Translations under genes and position numbers: made by a program
Source: Aliivibrio fischeri
GTDB taxonomy: Bacteria; Pseudomonadota; Gammaproteobacteria; Enterobacterales; Vibrionaceae
Assembly: GCF_009727955.1 (NCBI RefSeq)
Contig: NZ_WOBR01000003.1
Coordinates: forward strand, 86,069-118,068
Direction of reading: 5' to 3'
Length of the DNA stretch: 32,000 nt
Shown here: positions 22,962-31,341 of the stretch, piece by piece
Layout of the letters: each line of letters starts with the position of its first letter
Numbering within the stretch: the first letter of the stretch is position 1
Notes under the pieces: generated by a model
The model's input: the letters and a program-made list of their open reading frames with translations, nothing else
What the model was told of the DNA's origin: nothing
Databases searched by the model: none

Positions 22962-24306
22962 TTATATGAAAAAACATTACTTATCAATGAAACTAAAACT
23001 GACATTAATGTTTTTCTCTACCTCGGTATTTGTCTTTATTGGCTTAGGTTTCGCCATTCAATATCTCGTCCAATCTCATTTTTATGAAGAAGATCTTCGC
23101 TTAATTAACGCCAACCGTACTTCCATTTTTGTTTTATTAGAAAACGAAGGAATCACCAGCAGCGAAATTTTTGCTTCATTAAAAAGTCGTGGCATTAATA
23201 TTTGGATTGCCAATGATAATGGCACATTGACACAAAATACCAATGTGATCCCCAATGACAGTGCGTTTAAACAATCAAAGAAAATCAACGAATGGACTTA
23301 TGCAGGAAGTACATTTAGAACACTCTACTACCCACTAGAAAATGAGAATAATTATACTGGGCTGCTTATTGGAATTAATATTGATCACCACATTGAGTTC
23401 AATAAAAGACTAAAAGGCATTTTAATATGGTCCATTAGTATCGCGAGTCTCCTCTCTTTCATTTACAGCTTTATCATCGTAAATATGGGCTTTAAACCTC
23501 TGCAATATTTACAAGATCGCATCAAGCAAGTGCAACCAAATAAGTTAAGCATTCGGTTATCCGATGAACACTTACCTAATGAGTTAATTGAACTTGCTAA
23601 AATACAAAACCAAATGCTGGACAGGTTAGAGCTTGGATTTGAACGTCTCAGCGATTTTTCATCCGATATTGCTCATGAGTTAAAAACGCCGCTCTCAAAT
23701 ATGATGACTCAAACCCATGTCACCTTATCGCAACCAAGAACACCTTATGAATATCAAGAGATCTTATCTTCAAACTTAGAAGAATTAGAACGCATTAATA
23801 AAACCATTAACGATACCTTGTATCTTGCTAAATCTGAAAATGATTTATTATTAAAAGACAATATGCAATTAGATCTGAAACAGCTCTTCTCCCCTATTAT
23901 CGAGTATTACAGCATTGTCTCTGAAGAGACAGGAGTAACGATTCATCTATCGGGAAATGGCTCTCTTTGGGGCGATAAATCCATGATTCAACGCGTAGCA
24001 AATAACCTACTCTCTAACGCTATACGTCACTCTGCGCCCGATAGCGATATTCAAATTAAGATTGAAGAAAACCAAAATAACATCGTGCTATCTATCTCGA
24101 ATATGGGTGATGAAATTCCTGATAAAGATTTACCTTTTATTTTTGAACGCTTTTATCGAGCAGATAAATCCAGACAACATTCAAGTAGCACTGGAGCTGG
24201 CTTAGGACTAACCATTGTACGCTCAATTGTGAACCTACATAACGGTGATATTTCCGTTCAATCGGAAGGAAAGAAAACCACCTTTTTGCTTACCTTTCCT
24301 TTATAG
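22951..24306 (+). CDS. cusS: Heavy-metal-type sensor histidine kinase (CusS/CopS family, 451 aa)
   Basis: Two TM segments flank a periplasmic domain. The H-box region FSSDIAHELKTPLSNMMTQTHVTLSQPRTPYEYQEILSSNLEELERI parallels CusS FSADIAHEIRTPITNLITQTEIALSQSR...SNLEELTRM. ATPase motifs are NLLSNAIRH and GAGLGLTIV. The start overlaps the response-regulator stop; an alternative ATG is at 22966. Confidence 0.8.
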   Translation: MNANYMKKHYLSMKLKLTLMFFSTSVFVFIGLGFAIQYLVQSHFYEEDLRLINANRTSIFVLLENEGITSSEIFASLKSRGINIWIANDNGTLTQNTNVIPNDSAFKQSKKINEWTYAGSTFRTLYYPLENENNYTGLLIGINIDHHIEFNKRLKGILIWSISIASLLSFIYSFIIVNMGFKPLQYLQDRIKQVQPNKLSIRLSDEHLPNELIELAKIQNQMLDRLELGFERLSDFSSDIAHELKTPLSNMMTQTHVTLSQPRTPYEYQEILSSNLEELERINKTINDTLYLAKSENDLLLKDNMQLDLKQLFSPIIEYYSIVSEETGVTIHLSGNGSLWGDKSMIQRVANNLLSNAIRHSAPDSDIQIKIEENQNNIVLSISNMGDEIPDKDLPFIFERFYRADKSRQHSSSTGAGLGLTIVRSIVNLHNGDISVQSEGKKTTFLLTFPL

Positions 24307-24323
24307 CTCTTAAATCAATATAC

Positions 24324-24797
24324 CTATTTATTTGACTCTAATGCCAATAATTTTTCTTTAATATCAACGCCACCAGCATAGCCAGTTAAGCTACCATTCT
24401 TACCAATCACACGATGGCAGGGAACAATAATGGAGATAGGATTTTTGCCATTAGCACCACCCACCGCTTGAGACGCTTTTGGATTACCTACCGCAATGGC
24501 AAGATCTTTATAACACCACGTTTCACCATAAGGGATTGTAGTTAGTGCTTTCCATACCTTATTTTGAAACTCCGTTCCTTTAGCCGCTAACGGAATAGAA
24601 AATTCACGACGTTCACCACAAAAATATTCTTGTAACTGAAGAACGGTAAGTTTCAGAATAGGATGATCATCTACTTGCGTTCCAAAATCACTTAATTCCA
24701 TCTCATGGCTTTCAAACCAAACACCAAGTAAGCCATCATCATTCGCGTTAGCAGTCACAAGACCTAATGGACTTTCAAATTGAGTATAAACATTCAT
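24324..24797 (-). CDS. ogt: Methylated-DNA-protein-cysteine S-methyltransferase (Ogt/Ada C-terminal type, 157 aa)
   Basis: Active-site motif IIVPCHRVIG, plus the upstream FQNKVWKALTTIPYGETWCYKDLA and ASQAVGGANGKNP blocks typical of the family. Confidence 0.9.
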   Translation of the reverse strand: MNVYTQFESPLGLVTANANDDGLLGVWFESHEMELSDFGTQVDDHPILKLTVLQLQEYFCGERREFSIPLAAKGTEFQNKVWKALTTIPYGETWCYKDLAIAVGNPKASQAVGGANGKNPISIIVPCHRVIGKNGSLTGYAGGVDIKEKLLALESNK

Positions 24798-24821
24798 TTA
24801 ATTATTCCTTTTTTGTATTAA

Positions 24822-25133
24822 CTACTTATTCTCATTAGCATCACTGGCTTCATCAAAACAACATTCATCTTGCAAGAAATCGATTACCGAAGTGAGCTTT
24901 TCATATTCAGCAACACAAAATAAAGTACGACCTTCTCGGCGCTGTGTAATTAATCCAGCAGAGACTAATCCTGATACATGATGTGACAATGTAGAACCTG
25001 GAATATTCAATTTTTCTTGTAATCCACCCACAGCAATTCCTTGATAACCCGCACGTACAACCCCTTTATAAATAGCCAAACGTGTCGGATGTCCTAATTC
25101 TTTCAATGCTTTAGCAACAATTTCGATATCCAT
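24822..25133 (-). CDS. ArsR/SmtB-family metalloregulatory repressor (103 aa)
   Basis: Winged-HTH pattern LKELGHPTRLAIYKGV...GLQEKLNIPGSTLSHHVSGLVSAGLITQRREGRTLF. A vicinal Cys pair sits near the C-terminus (LQDECCFDE). Inverted-repeat operators lie divergent from a permease gene. Confidence 0.85.
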   Translation of the reverse strand: MDIEIVAKALKELGHPTRLAIYKGVVRAGYQGIAVGGLQEKLNIPGSTLSHHVSGLVSAGLITQRREGRTLFCVAEYEKLTSVIDFLQDECCFDEASDANENK

Positions 25134-25153
25134 GATTTATTCCTCATCAAGTT

Positions 25154-25177
25154 TATATTTCGATATTACTAGAAATA
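25154..25177. promoter_or_regulatory. Inverted-repeat operator copy 1 (TATTTC-N10-GAAATA)
   Basis: TATATTTCgatattactaGAAATA, located 21 nt upstream of the arsR-family start codon. It is near-identical to copy 2, 49 nt away. Confidence 0.5.
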
Positions 25178-25202
25178 AGTTGATCACGCTAATTTAAAAG
25201 CG

Positions 25203-25228
25203 TATATTTCGATTATTCCAGAAATATA
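25203..25228. promoter_or_regulatory. Inverted-repeat operator copy 2 (TATATTTC-N10-GAAATATA)
   Basis: Perfect 8-bp arms around a 10-nt spacer, TATATTTCgattattccaGAAATATA. It lies 13 nt upstream of the permease ATG (25241). Confidence 0.5.
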
Positions 25229-25240
25229 GAGATTTGAGTT

Positions 25241-26161
25241 ATGTTCACAATTACACAAGACATGGTGATGGATACCCTAAATATGTTTGCATTTTTAGCA
25301 GCAGAGCTAACCGTGCTTTTTCTTTTAATTAGTTACCTCGTTGGCGTTTTGCAGGAGTACATTCCACCTTCAAAAATCCAAAGTATCTTGAGTGGTAAAA
25401 ATGGCAGAGGTTATTTTGTTGCGGGTTTATTAGGTGCGATTACCCCATTCTGCTCATGCTCAACGATTCCTTTCTTAAAAGGTTTACTTCGAGCAAAAGC
25501 TGGATTTGGTACCATGATGGTATTCTTATTTGCAAGCCCGCTACTTAACCCTATTATTATTGGGTTATTCACCGTTACTTTCGGTATTAAAGTGACCGTT
25601 TTCTACTTTGCTATTGCAATGGGTGTATCAGTCATTGCTGGTTACTTACTAGAAAAACTTGGTTTTGAAAAATACGTAAAAGAAAGTGCCTACATTGCAC
25701 CAGAACCAAAATGTTGTGGTTCAACTTGTGGCGGAGAGAAAAAAGCACCTCAAAGCAAATGGATGAGAATTTGGAACAGTACATGGAGTGATTTCAAAAA
25801 AGTACTGCCTTATTTAATCGGTGGTATTGCTCTTGGTTCGATGATCTACGGTTTTATGCCAACAGAGTTTGTCGCTAAAGTGGCAAGTGAAAATAACCCA
25901 TTTGCTATTCCTGTGGCTGCGGTTATTGGTATTCCACTATACATTCGAGCTGAAGCGGTTATCCCTCTGAGTGCGGCATTAGCAGCAAAAGGGATGAGTC
26001 TTGGGGCGGTTATGGCACTCATTATCGGCAGTGCTGGTGCAAGTTTAACTGAAGTGATTTTATTGAAATCTATCTTCAAAAATCAAATGATTATTGCCTT
26101 CCTAACCGTAATTTTAGGAATGGCAATGGGTGCAGGCTTCTTGTACCAATTTATTTTCTAA
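25241..26161 (+). CDS. Two-domain permease of the DUF318/ArsP-like family (306 aa)
   Basis: About 8 TM segments. A conserved intramembrane motif TPFCSCSTIPF is present. A Cys-rich central cytoplasmic loop (EPKCCGSTCGGEKK) links two homologous halves. The gene is divergent from an ArsR-family repressor. Confidence 0.75.
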   Translation: MFTITQDMVMDTLNMFAFLAAELTVLFLLISYLVGVLQEYIPPSKIQSILSGKNGRGYFVAGLLGAITPFCSCSTIPFLKGLLRAKAGFGTMMVFLFASPLLNPIIIGLFTVTFGIKVTVFYFAIAMGVSVIAGYLLEKLGFEKYVKESAYIAPEPKCCGSTCGGEKKAPQSKWMRIWNSTWSDFKKVLPYLIGGIALGSMIYGFMPTEFVAKVASENNPFAIPVAAVIGIPLYIRAEAVIPLSAALAAKGMSLGAVMALIIGSAGASLTEVILLKSIFKNQMIIAFLTVILGMAMGAGFLYQFIF

Positions 26162-26180
26162 TCACTCTTAAACTTAAACG

Positions 26181-26217
26181 AAAAGCCATATCATAGACTT
26201 TGATATGGCTTTTTTAT
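26181..26217 (+). terminator. Rho-independent terminator after the permease gene
   Basis: Perfect 13-bp stem, AAAAGCCATATCA (26181-26193) pairing with TGATATGGCTTTT (26201-26213), followed by additional T residues. Confidence 0.75.
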
Positions 26218-26310
26218 TCCCCTTAGATAATTACAATGTTGATCTGTATCAATAGCTTTCAAGGTGTGTTTTAATTCACAACAACACCATCGACATCAAT
26301 AAGGAACGAC

Positions 26311-27189
26311 ATGGAAATCACTAACGTTAGTTTTATCGGTTTGGGCGTTATGGGCTACCCAATGGCTCGCCATCTTAAAAATGCAGGTTATTCTACGACG
26401 GTTTACAATCGCACCGAGGCGAAGGCAAAACAATGGGCTACAGAATACAACGGACAATCCGCTCCTACTCCACGTGAAGCCTCTGAAGGCTCAGATATCG
26501 TATTTGTTTGCGTGGGAAATGATAACGATGTTCGTAGCGTAATTTATGGTGACGATGGTGTACTGGCCGGGCTAAAACCTGGTGCCATCTTAGTAGATAA
26601 CACAACAACATCAGCGACACTAGCAATCGAATTAGCAAAAGCCTGTGAAGCACAAGGTAACCAATTTATTGATGCTCCAGTCTCTGGAGGACAAGCTGGT
26701 GCTGAAAATGGTGTATTAACCGTAATGTGCGGTGGTAATGAAGCGGCTTTCAATATCGCAAAACCCGTTATTCAAAGTTTTGCAAAAGCCATTACACTTC
26801 TCGGTGAAAACGGTCAAGGCCAACGCTGTAAAATGGCAAACCAGATCTGTATTGCTGGTGTATTAAAAGGATTAAGTGAAGCATTGATCCTTGCTGAAAA
26901 ATCCAACCTAGATATTGACCTTGTTGTTGAAACATTAAAACACGGTGCAGCAGGCTCTTGGCAGATGGAAAATCGCGCAAGTACCATGGCTCAAGATAAA
27001 TTCGATTTTGGTTTTGCCATTGACTGGATGCGAAAAGATCTTGGTATTTGTCTAGATGAAGCGAAAGCTAATGGTATTTCACTTCCATTAACGGAAGAAG
27101 TAGATAAAGAATACCAAAGCTTACAAGAACAAGGCTTAGGCAGAATGGATACATCAGTATTAATTAAAGCCATTAAAGATAAAATTTAA
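26311..27189 (+). CDS. NAD(P)-dependent beta-hydroxyacid dehydrogenase (3-hydroxyisobutyrate dehydrogenase family, 292 aa)
   Basis: N-terminal Rossmann motif VSFIGLGVMGYPMARHL. Family blocks are FIDAPVSGGQAGAENGVLTVMCGG and CKMANQICIAG. GGAA lies upstream of the ATG. Confidence 0.85.
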   Translation: MEITNVSFIGLGVMGYPMARHLKNAGYSTTVYNRTEAKAKQWATEYNGQSAPTPREASEGSDIVFVCVGNDNDVRSVIYGDDGVLAGLKPGAILVDNTTTSATLAIELAKACEAQGNQFIDAPVSGGQAGAENGVLTVMCGGNEAAFNIAKPVIQSFAKAITLLGENGQGQRCKMANQICIAGVLKGLSEALILAEKSNLDIDLVVETLKHGAAGSWQMENRASTMAQDKFDFGFAIDWMRKDLGICLDEAKANGISLPLTEEVDKEYQSLQEQGLGRMDTSVLIKAIKDKI

Positions 27190-27226
27190 ATCTTAATACC
27201 AAGCAGTGTAAATATAAGAATATAAA

Positions 27227-27250
27227 AAAGGAGATCAAATGATCTCCTTT
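27227..27250. terminator. Bidirectional terminator between the dehydrogenase gene and MCP-1
   Basis: Perfect 10-bp stem, AAAGGAGATC (27227-27236) pairing with GATCTCCTTT (27241-27250), and a 4-nt loop. On the minus strand it is followed by TTTTTATATT. Confidence 0.7.
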
Positions 27251-27275
27251 CTAGTTTCTAGTTTCTAGTTTCTAG
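27248..27275. repeat. Heptanucleotide tandem repeat (TTTCTAG x4)
   Basis: TTTCTAG TTTCTAG TTTCTAG TTTCTAG, four perfect units. The first unit overlaps the 3' arm of the terminator hairpin. Confidence 0.9.
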
Positions 27276-27307
27276 TACAAACTAACTTAATTCAATGACT
27301 CGTCAAA

Positions 27308-28369
27308 TTACACTTTAAAGCGTGATAGAGACTGCTGAAGAGTTGAAGCTAATTGCGCTAACTCAACACTTGATTGAGCCGTTTGCTCTGCACCTAGTGC
27401 AACTTCGCTTGCAGATAGGCTCATGCTTTGAATGTTGCGACCAAGTTCTTCTGTTACTGAATCTTGTTGGCTACATGCACTTGCAATTTGAATACTCGTA
27501 TCCGTTACTTTCATCATGGTTTCTTCAATCATTTGAATTGAGTTACCCGTTTGAACGCTTTGCTCTACACAAACACGGATCTTAGAACAACTTTGATCCG
27601 TTGCATTCTTGGCATGTGCAGCACTTGCTTGTAACTTTTCAATAATTTCAACGATTTCACTTGTTGATGATTGAGTACGACCTGCAAGAGAACGAACTTC
27701 ATCGGCAACAACCGCAAAACCACGACCTTGCTCACCAGCACGTGCCGCTTCAATCGCTGCGTTCAATGCTAATAAGTTAGTTTGGTCAGCAATTCCACGG
27801 ATAACTTCAACAACTACGCTGATGTTATTTGATTCACGTTCTAACTCTTCAACCAACTCACCTGCTTGCTCGATATCACGAGAAACAATCTGAATTTGCT
27901 CAATGTTAGATTGAACGTCTTGGTTACCTTGCTTCGCTTCTTCTGACGCTTCTAGAGCAGACGTTGATGCTGTTTCAGTGTTGTTTGCCACTTCTGCAAC
28001 CGTTGCCTTCATCTCTTCCATTGCAGCGGCAACCATTGTGATGTCTGATTGTTGCTGCTGCATACCACGTGAAGATTGCTCAGAGATCGCGCTCATCTCT
28101 TCAACCGCAGCTGAAAGTTGAGTAACAGCAGAAATCGTATCTTCAATCAAAATACGTAACTGGTGTTGCATTTCAATGTTAGTATCCGCTAGCGCGCCTA
28201 GTTCATCATTACCAATTTCACTACGACGGAGTTCAAACGTTAAATCACCCGCTGCAATCGCTTTAGACTGTTCAACCACCAAGTTTAATGGACGACAAAT
28301 TTGACGAGCTAAGAAGAAAGTAATGAAGATCATAAATGCAATTAATGCACTGAACGATACTTTTGTTGC
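27308..28369 (-). repeat. Near-identical duplicated block (TM2-HAMP-signalling domain), copy A
   Basis: It encodes aa 189-541 of MCP-1. By eye, only about 13 of 353 residues differ from MCP-2. The DNA shows long runs of perfect identity, for example around 27495-27600 versus 29583-29688. Confidence 0.85.
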
Positions 28370-28933
28370 CAACGTTACGTTATTAACACTGCTCATGATT
28401 GATTGGCGATTATTCGTAACAAAACCAAGGTTTGTTTGAACTAATCCATCCATTGCCGCGCCAACTTCCTCAAATTGAGAGAATGAATCCAACAATTCCT
28501 GTTGGGCTAACTTAAGATCTTTATTCGCAACTAAGCCGTTAAATTCTTTTAATTCAGTTAAATACTTATTCCAACCATTTGCAACGCGGTCAAAAACACG
28601 GCGTTCATCAGCACTTGCTACCGTTGCTTCATATGCATCAAGATCAGATTTAATTTGAGCTTCTTGTTTAGACAACGTTGATAATAAGGTTGGTAAATCT
28701 TTTTCTTGATAAGTTAATGCAGCGTATTGGTTACGACGATACGCATTCATTTCATAATATATGTCTTCAACTGACAACACACTTGGAACCGTAGAATCTG
28801 TAAAGTTAATTACTTCTGACTCTACTTTGTTTAATTCTTGTAATAGGAAAAAAGCAAACGCAATCATCACCAAACCAATGGCCGAAAAAACAACTGCAAT
28901 TTTCTTTTGCACTGCTAAATTTTTGTAACTCAT
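27308..28933 (-). CDS. Methyl-accepting chemotaxis protein, paralog 1 (541 aa; four-helix-bundle-type periplasmic sensor, HAMP, long signalling domain)
   Basis: TM1 ([20 protein letters not shown]), a helical periplasmic domain of about 150 aa, TM2, and HAMP ([22 protein letters not shown]). The conserved hairpin tip is [36 protein letters not shown]. Confidence 0.9.
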   Translation of the reverse strand: MSYKNLAVQKKIAVVFSAIGLVMIAFAFFLLQELNKVESEVINFTDSTVPSVLSVEDIYYEMNAYRRNQYAALTYQEKDLPTLLSTLSKQEAQIKSDLDAYEATVASADERRVFDRVANGWNKYLTELKEFNGLVANKDLKLAQQELLDSFSQFEEVGAAMDGLVQTNLGFVTNNRQSIMSSVNNVTLATKVSFSALIAFMIFITFFLARQICRPLNLVVEQSKAIAAGDLTFELRRSEIGNDELGALADTNIEMQHQLRILIEDTISAVTQLSAAVEEMSAISEQSSRGMQQQQSDITMVAAAMEEMKATVAEVANNTETASTSALEASEEAKQGNQDVQSNIEQIQIVSRDIEQAGELVEELERESNNISVVVEVIRGIADQTNLLALNAAIEAARAGEQGRGFAVVADEVRSLAGRTQSSTSEIVEIIEKLQASAAHAKNATDQSCSKIRVCVEQSVQTGNSIQMIEETMMKVTDTSIQIASACSQQDSVTEELGRNIQSMSLSASEVALGAEQTAQSSVELAQLASTLQQSLSRFKV

Positions 28934-29020
28934 GATATTTTACAACCTTATAAATTATTCTTTTCACTCGTTCCATGAGCATTGCTATTTGAGTCAACGA
29001 ATTAACTCATTCTGCGAACG

Positions 29021-29028
29021 TTATCGGC
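29021..29028 (-). promoter_or_regulatory. Possible sigma28 (FliA) -10 element upstream of MCP-1
   Basis: The minus strand reads GCCGATAA, an exact match to the sigma28 -10 consensus, 88 nt upstream of the MCP-1 start. I found no good TAAAG -35 element at the expected spacing. Confidence 0.3.
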
Positions 29029-29342
29029 AGATGTTCAAGAAAATAAAATAAAATACGTAAAAAGTCACATAGTTTTATAATTGCAATAAAAGTTAAAAAA
29101 ATTAATCAGTTATTAACTTTTACAACAAGCAAACCATTGCGTTAATCAAAAAGAAAGAAAAGTAAGTGAAGTGTTATTGATAAGAATAACAATTTAACCA
29201 CCTTTAATGGAAAAATGTAAAAACACTTTCACTCTGGCTCAAAAGTCAAAATTATACCGTCAACAAACAAAGCGCCAGTGCAATTTTTTTAAAAAAATTT
29301 TTATTCATTCCTTAAATTATTATTGTTCTCCAATGAATTCAT

Positions 29343-29373
29343 AAAAAAAAGTGATGACATTTGCCATCACTTT
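29343..29373 (-). terminator. Rho-independent terminator after MCP-2
   Basis: On the minus strand: AGTGATG, an 8-nt loop, CATCACT, then a run of T residues (TTTTTTTTTAT). It lies 23 nt downstream of the MCP-2 stop. Confidence 0.65.
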
Positions 29374-29395
29374 ACTCTTTAAATTCAATCAAAAA

Positions 29396-30457
29396 TTAAA
29401 CTTTAAAATACGATAAAGAAGTTTGTAATTTATTTGCTAGTTGCGCTAATTCAATACTAGATTGAGCCGTTTGCTCTGCACCTAACGCAACTTCGCTTGC
29501 CGATAAACTCATGCTTTGAATATTACGGCCTAGCTCTTCTGTTACTGAGTCTTGTTGACTACATGCACTTGCAATTTGAATGCTCGTATCCGTTACTTTC
29601 ATCATGGTTTCTTCAATCATTTGAATTGAGTTACCCGTTTGAACGCTTTGCTCTACACAAACACGGATCTTAGAACAACTTTGATCTGTCGCTGATTTAG
29701 CGTGTGCAGCACTTGCTTGTAACTTTTCAATAATCTCAACGATTTCACTTGTTGATGATTGAGTACGACCAGCAAGAGAACGAACTTCATCGGCAACAAC
29801 CGCAAAACCACGACCTTGCTCACCAGCACGAGCCGCTTCAATCGCTGCATTCAGTGCTAATAGGTTAGTTTGATCAGCAATACCACGGATAACTTCAACA
29901 ACTACGCTGATGTTATTTGATTCACGTTCTAGCTCTTCAACCAACTCACCTGCTTGCTCGATATCACGAGAAACAATCTGAATTTGCTCAATGTTAGATT
30001 GAACGTCTTGGTTACCTTGCTTCGCTTCTTCTGACGCTTCTAAAGCAGACGTTGATGCTGTTTCAGTGTTATTTGCTACATCAGCAACCGTTGCCTTCAT
30101 TTCTTCCATTGCAGCGGCAACCATTGTGATGTCTGATTGCTGTTGTTGCATGCCACGTGAAGATTGCTCAGAGATCGCACTCATTTCTTCAACCGCAGCT
30201 GAAAGTTGAGTTACCGCAGAAATCGTATCTTCAATTAAAATACGCAATTGGTTCTGCATCTCAATATTAGTATCAGCCAATGCACCTAATTCATCATTAC
30301 CAATTTCTTCTCGATTAAGTTCAAAAGTTAAATCACCTGATGCTATGGCTTTAGATTGCTCAACCACTAAGTTTAATGGACGACAAATTTGGCGAGCTAA
30401 AAAGAAAGTAACAAAGATCATGAATGCTATTAATGCACTGAATGAAACTTTTGTTGC
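29396..30457 (-). repeat. Near-identical duplicated block (TM2-HAMP-signalling domain), copy B
   Basis: Counterpart of 27308-28369, at a constant offset of 2088 nt with no indels seen in the coding block. Confidence 0.85.
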
Positions 30458-31021
30458 CATTGTTACACTATCAACACTACGCATAATTGAAGAACGGTTG
30501 TTAGCAACAAAACCCAAATTAGTTTCAACCAACGCATCCATCGCATCACCTAATTCAAGAAACTGTGTAATAGATTTAGAAAGCTCTAATTGTGCTTGCT
30601 CAATATCTCTATTTTGAATCAACACAGGGAAGTTTTTTAAAAGATCTTCATACTTTTTCCAATGTGTTAAAACGCGATCAAAAACTCTACGTTCATTATC
30701 ACTACTTACCGTACTTTCATATTTTGCTAACTCTGCATTTATCATACTTTCCTGAGATGCCAATGTCGCAATCAAGTTTGGTAAGTCTTCTTGCTTAAGT
30801 GTTAATCCTGCATATTGATTACGTCGATGCGTATTCATATCAAAATACAAATTTTCAACAGAAATAACACTAGGAACCGTTGAATCAGCAAAATTAACAA
30901 CCCTTTCCTCAACTTTATTTAATTCCTGCAATAAAAAAGTAGCAAATGCTACAATAACTAATGCAATAACTAAAAATACAGCGGCAATTTTATTACGAAC
31001 CGCTAAATTCTTATAACTCAT
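29396..31021 (-). CDS. Methyl-accepting chemotaxis protein, paralog 2 (541 aa)
   Basis: Same length and architecture as paralog 1. The C-terminal roughly 350 aa are almost identical, while the periplasmic sensor domain has clearly diverged. Confidence 0.9.
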   Translation of the reverse strand: MSYKNLAVRNKIAAVFLVIALVIVAFATFLLQELNKVEERVVNFADSTVPSVISVENLYFDMNTHRRNQYAGLTLKQEDLPNLIATLASQESMINAELAKYESTVSSDNERRVFDRVLTHWKKYEDLLKNFPVLIQNRDIEQAQLELSKSITQFLELGDAMDALVETNLGFVANNRSSIMRSVDSVTMATKVSFSALIAFMIFVTFFLARQICRPLNLVVEQSKAIASGDLTFELNREEIGNDELGALADTNIEMQNQLRILIEDTISAVTQLSAAVEEMSAISEQSSRGMQQQQSDITMVAAAMEEMKATVADVANNTETASTSALEASEEAKQGNQDVQSNIEQIQIVSRDIEQAGELVEELERESNNISVVVEVIRGIADQTNLLALNAAIEAARAGEQGRGFAVVADEVRSLAGRTQSSTSEIVEIIEKLQASAAHAKSATDQSCSKIRVCVEQSVQTGNSIQMIEETMMKVTDTSIQIASACSQQDSVTEELGRNIQSMSLSASEVALGAEQTAQSSIELAQLANKLQTSLSYFKV

Positions 31022-31341
31022 AATTCACAACCTTTGGTTTAATTTATATTTTTATTGTCATTATTTTTATTAGATATCTGACAAGGGCGCGGAAGGTATA
31101 CGAAATGAGTATAAAAGTACACCACATTATAAATGTGATAAATATCAACAATTAAAGTAAATTAAGTAAAAACATTAATTCAATTGAAATATTGGGGTAG
31201 GTATGTAAAAAAAGTGAACAATTCATCACATCTAATATAATAAATTATTCACTTTAAATAATATAATTGTGAAATTACTTTTTTAAACGTTCAAAAGTCA
31301 AAATAATAACGTCAAATAACATTACATCCATTATTATATAG

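Noticed and set aside
24307-24323. A 17-nt gap between the convergent cusS-like and ogt stop codons, checked for a terminator
   Set aside because: No stem-loop can be formed in or around the gap, so no terminator is reported.
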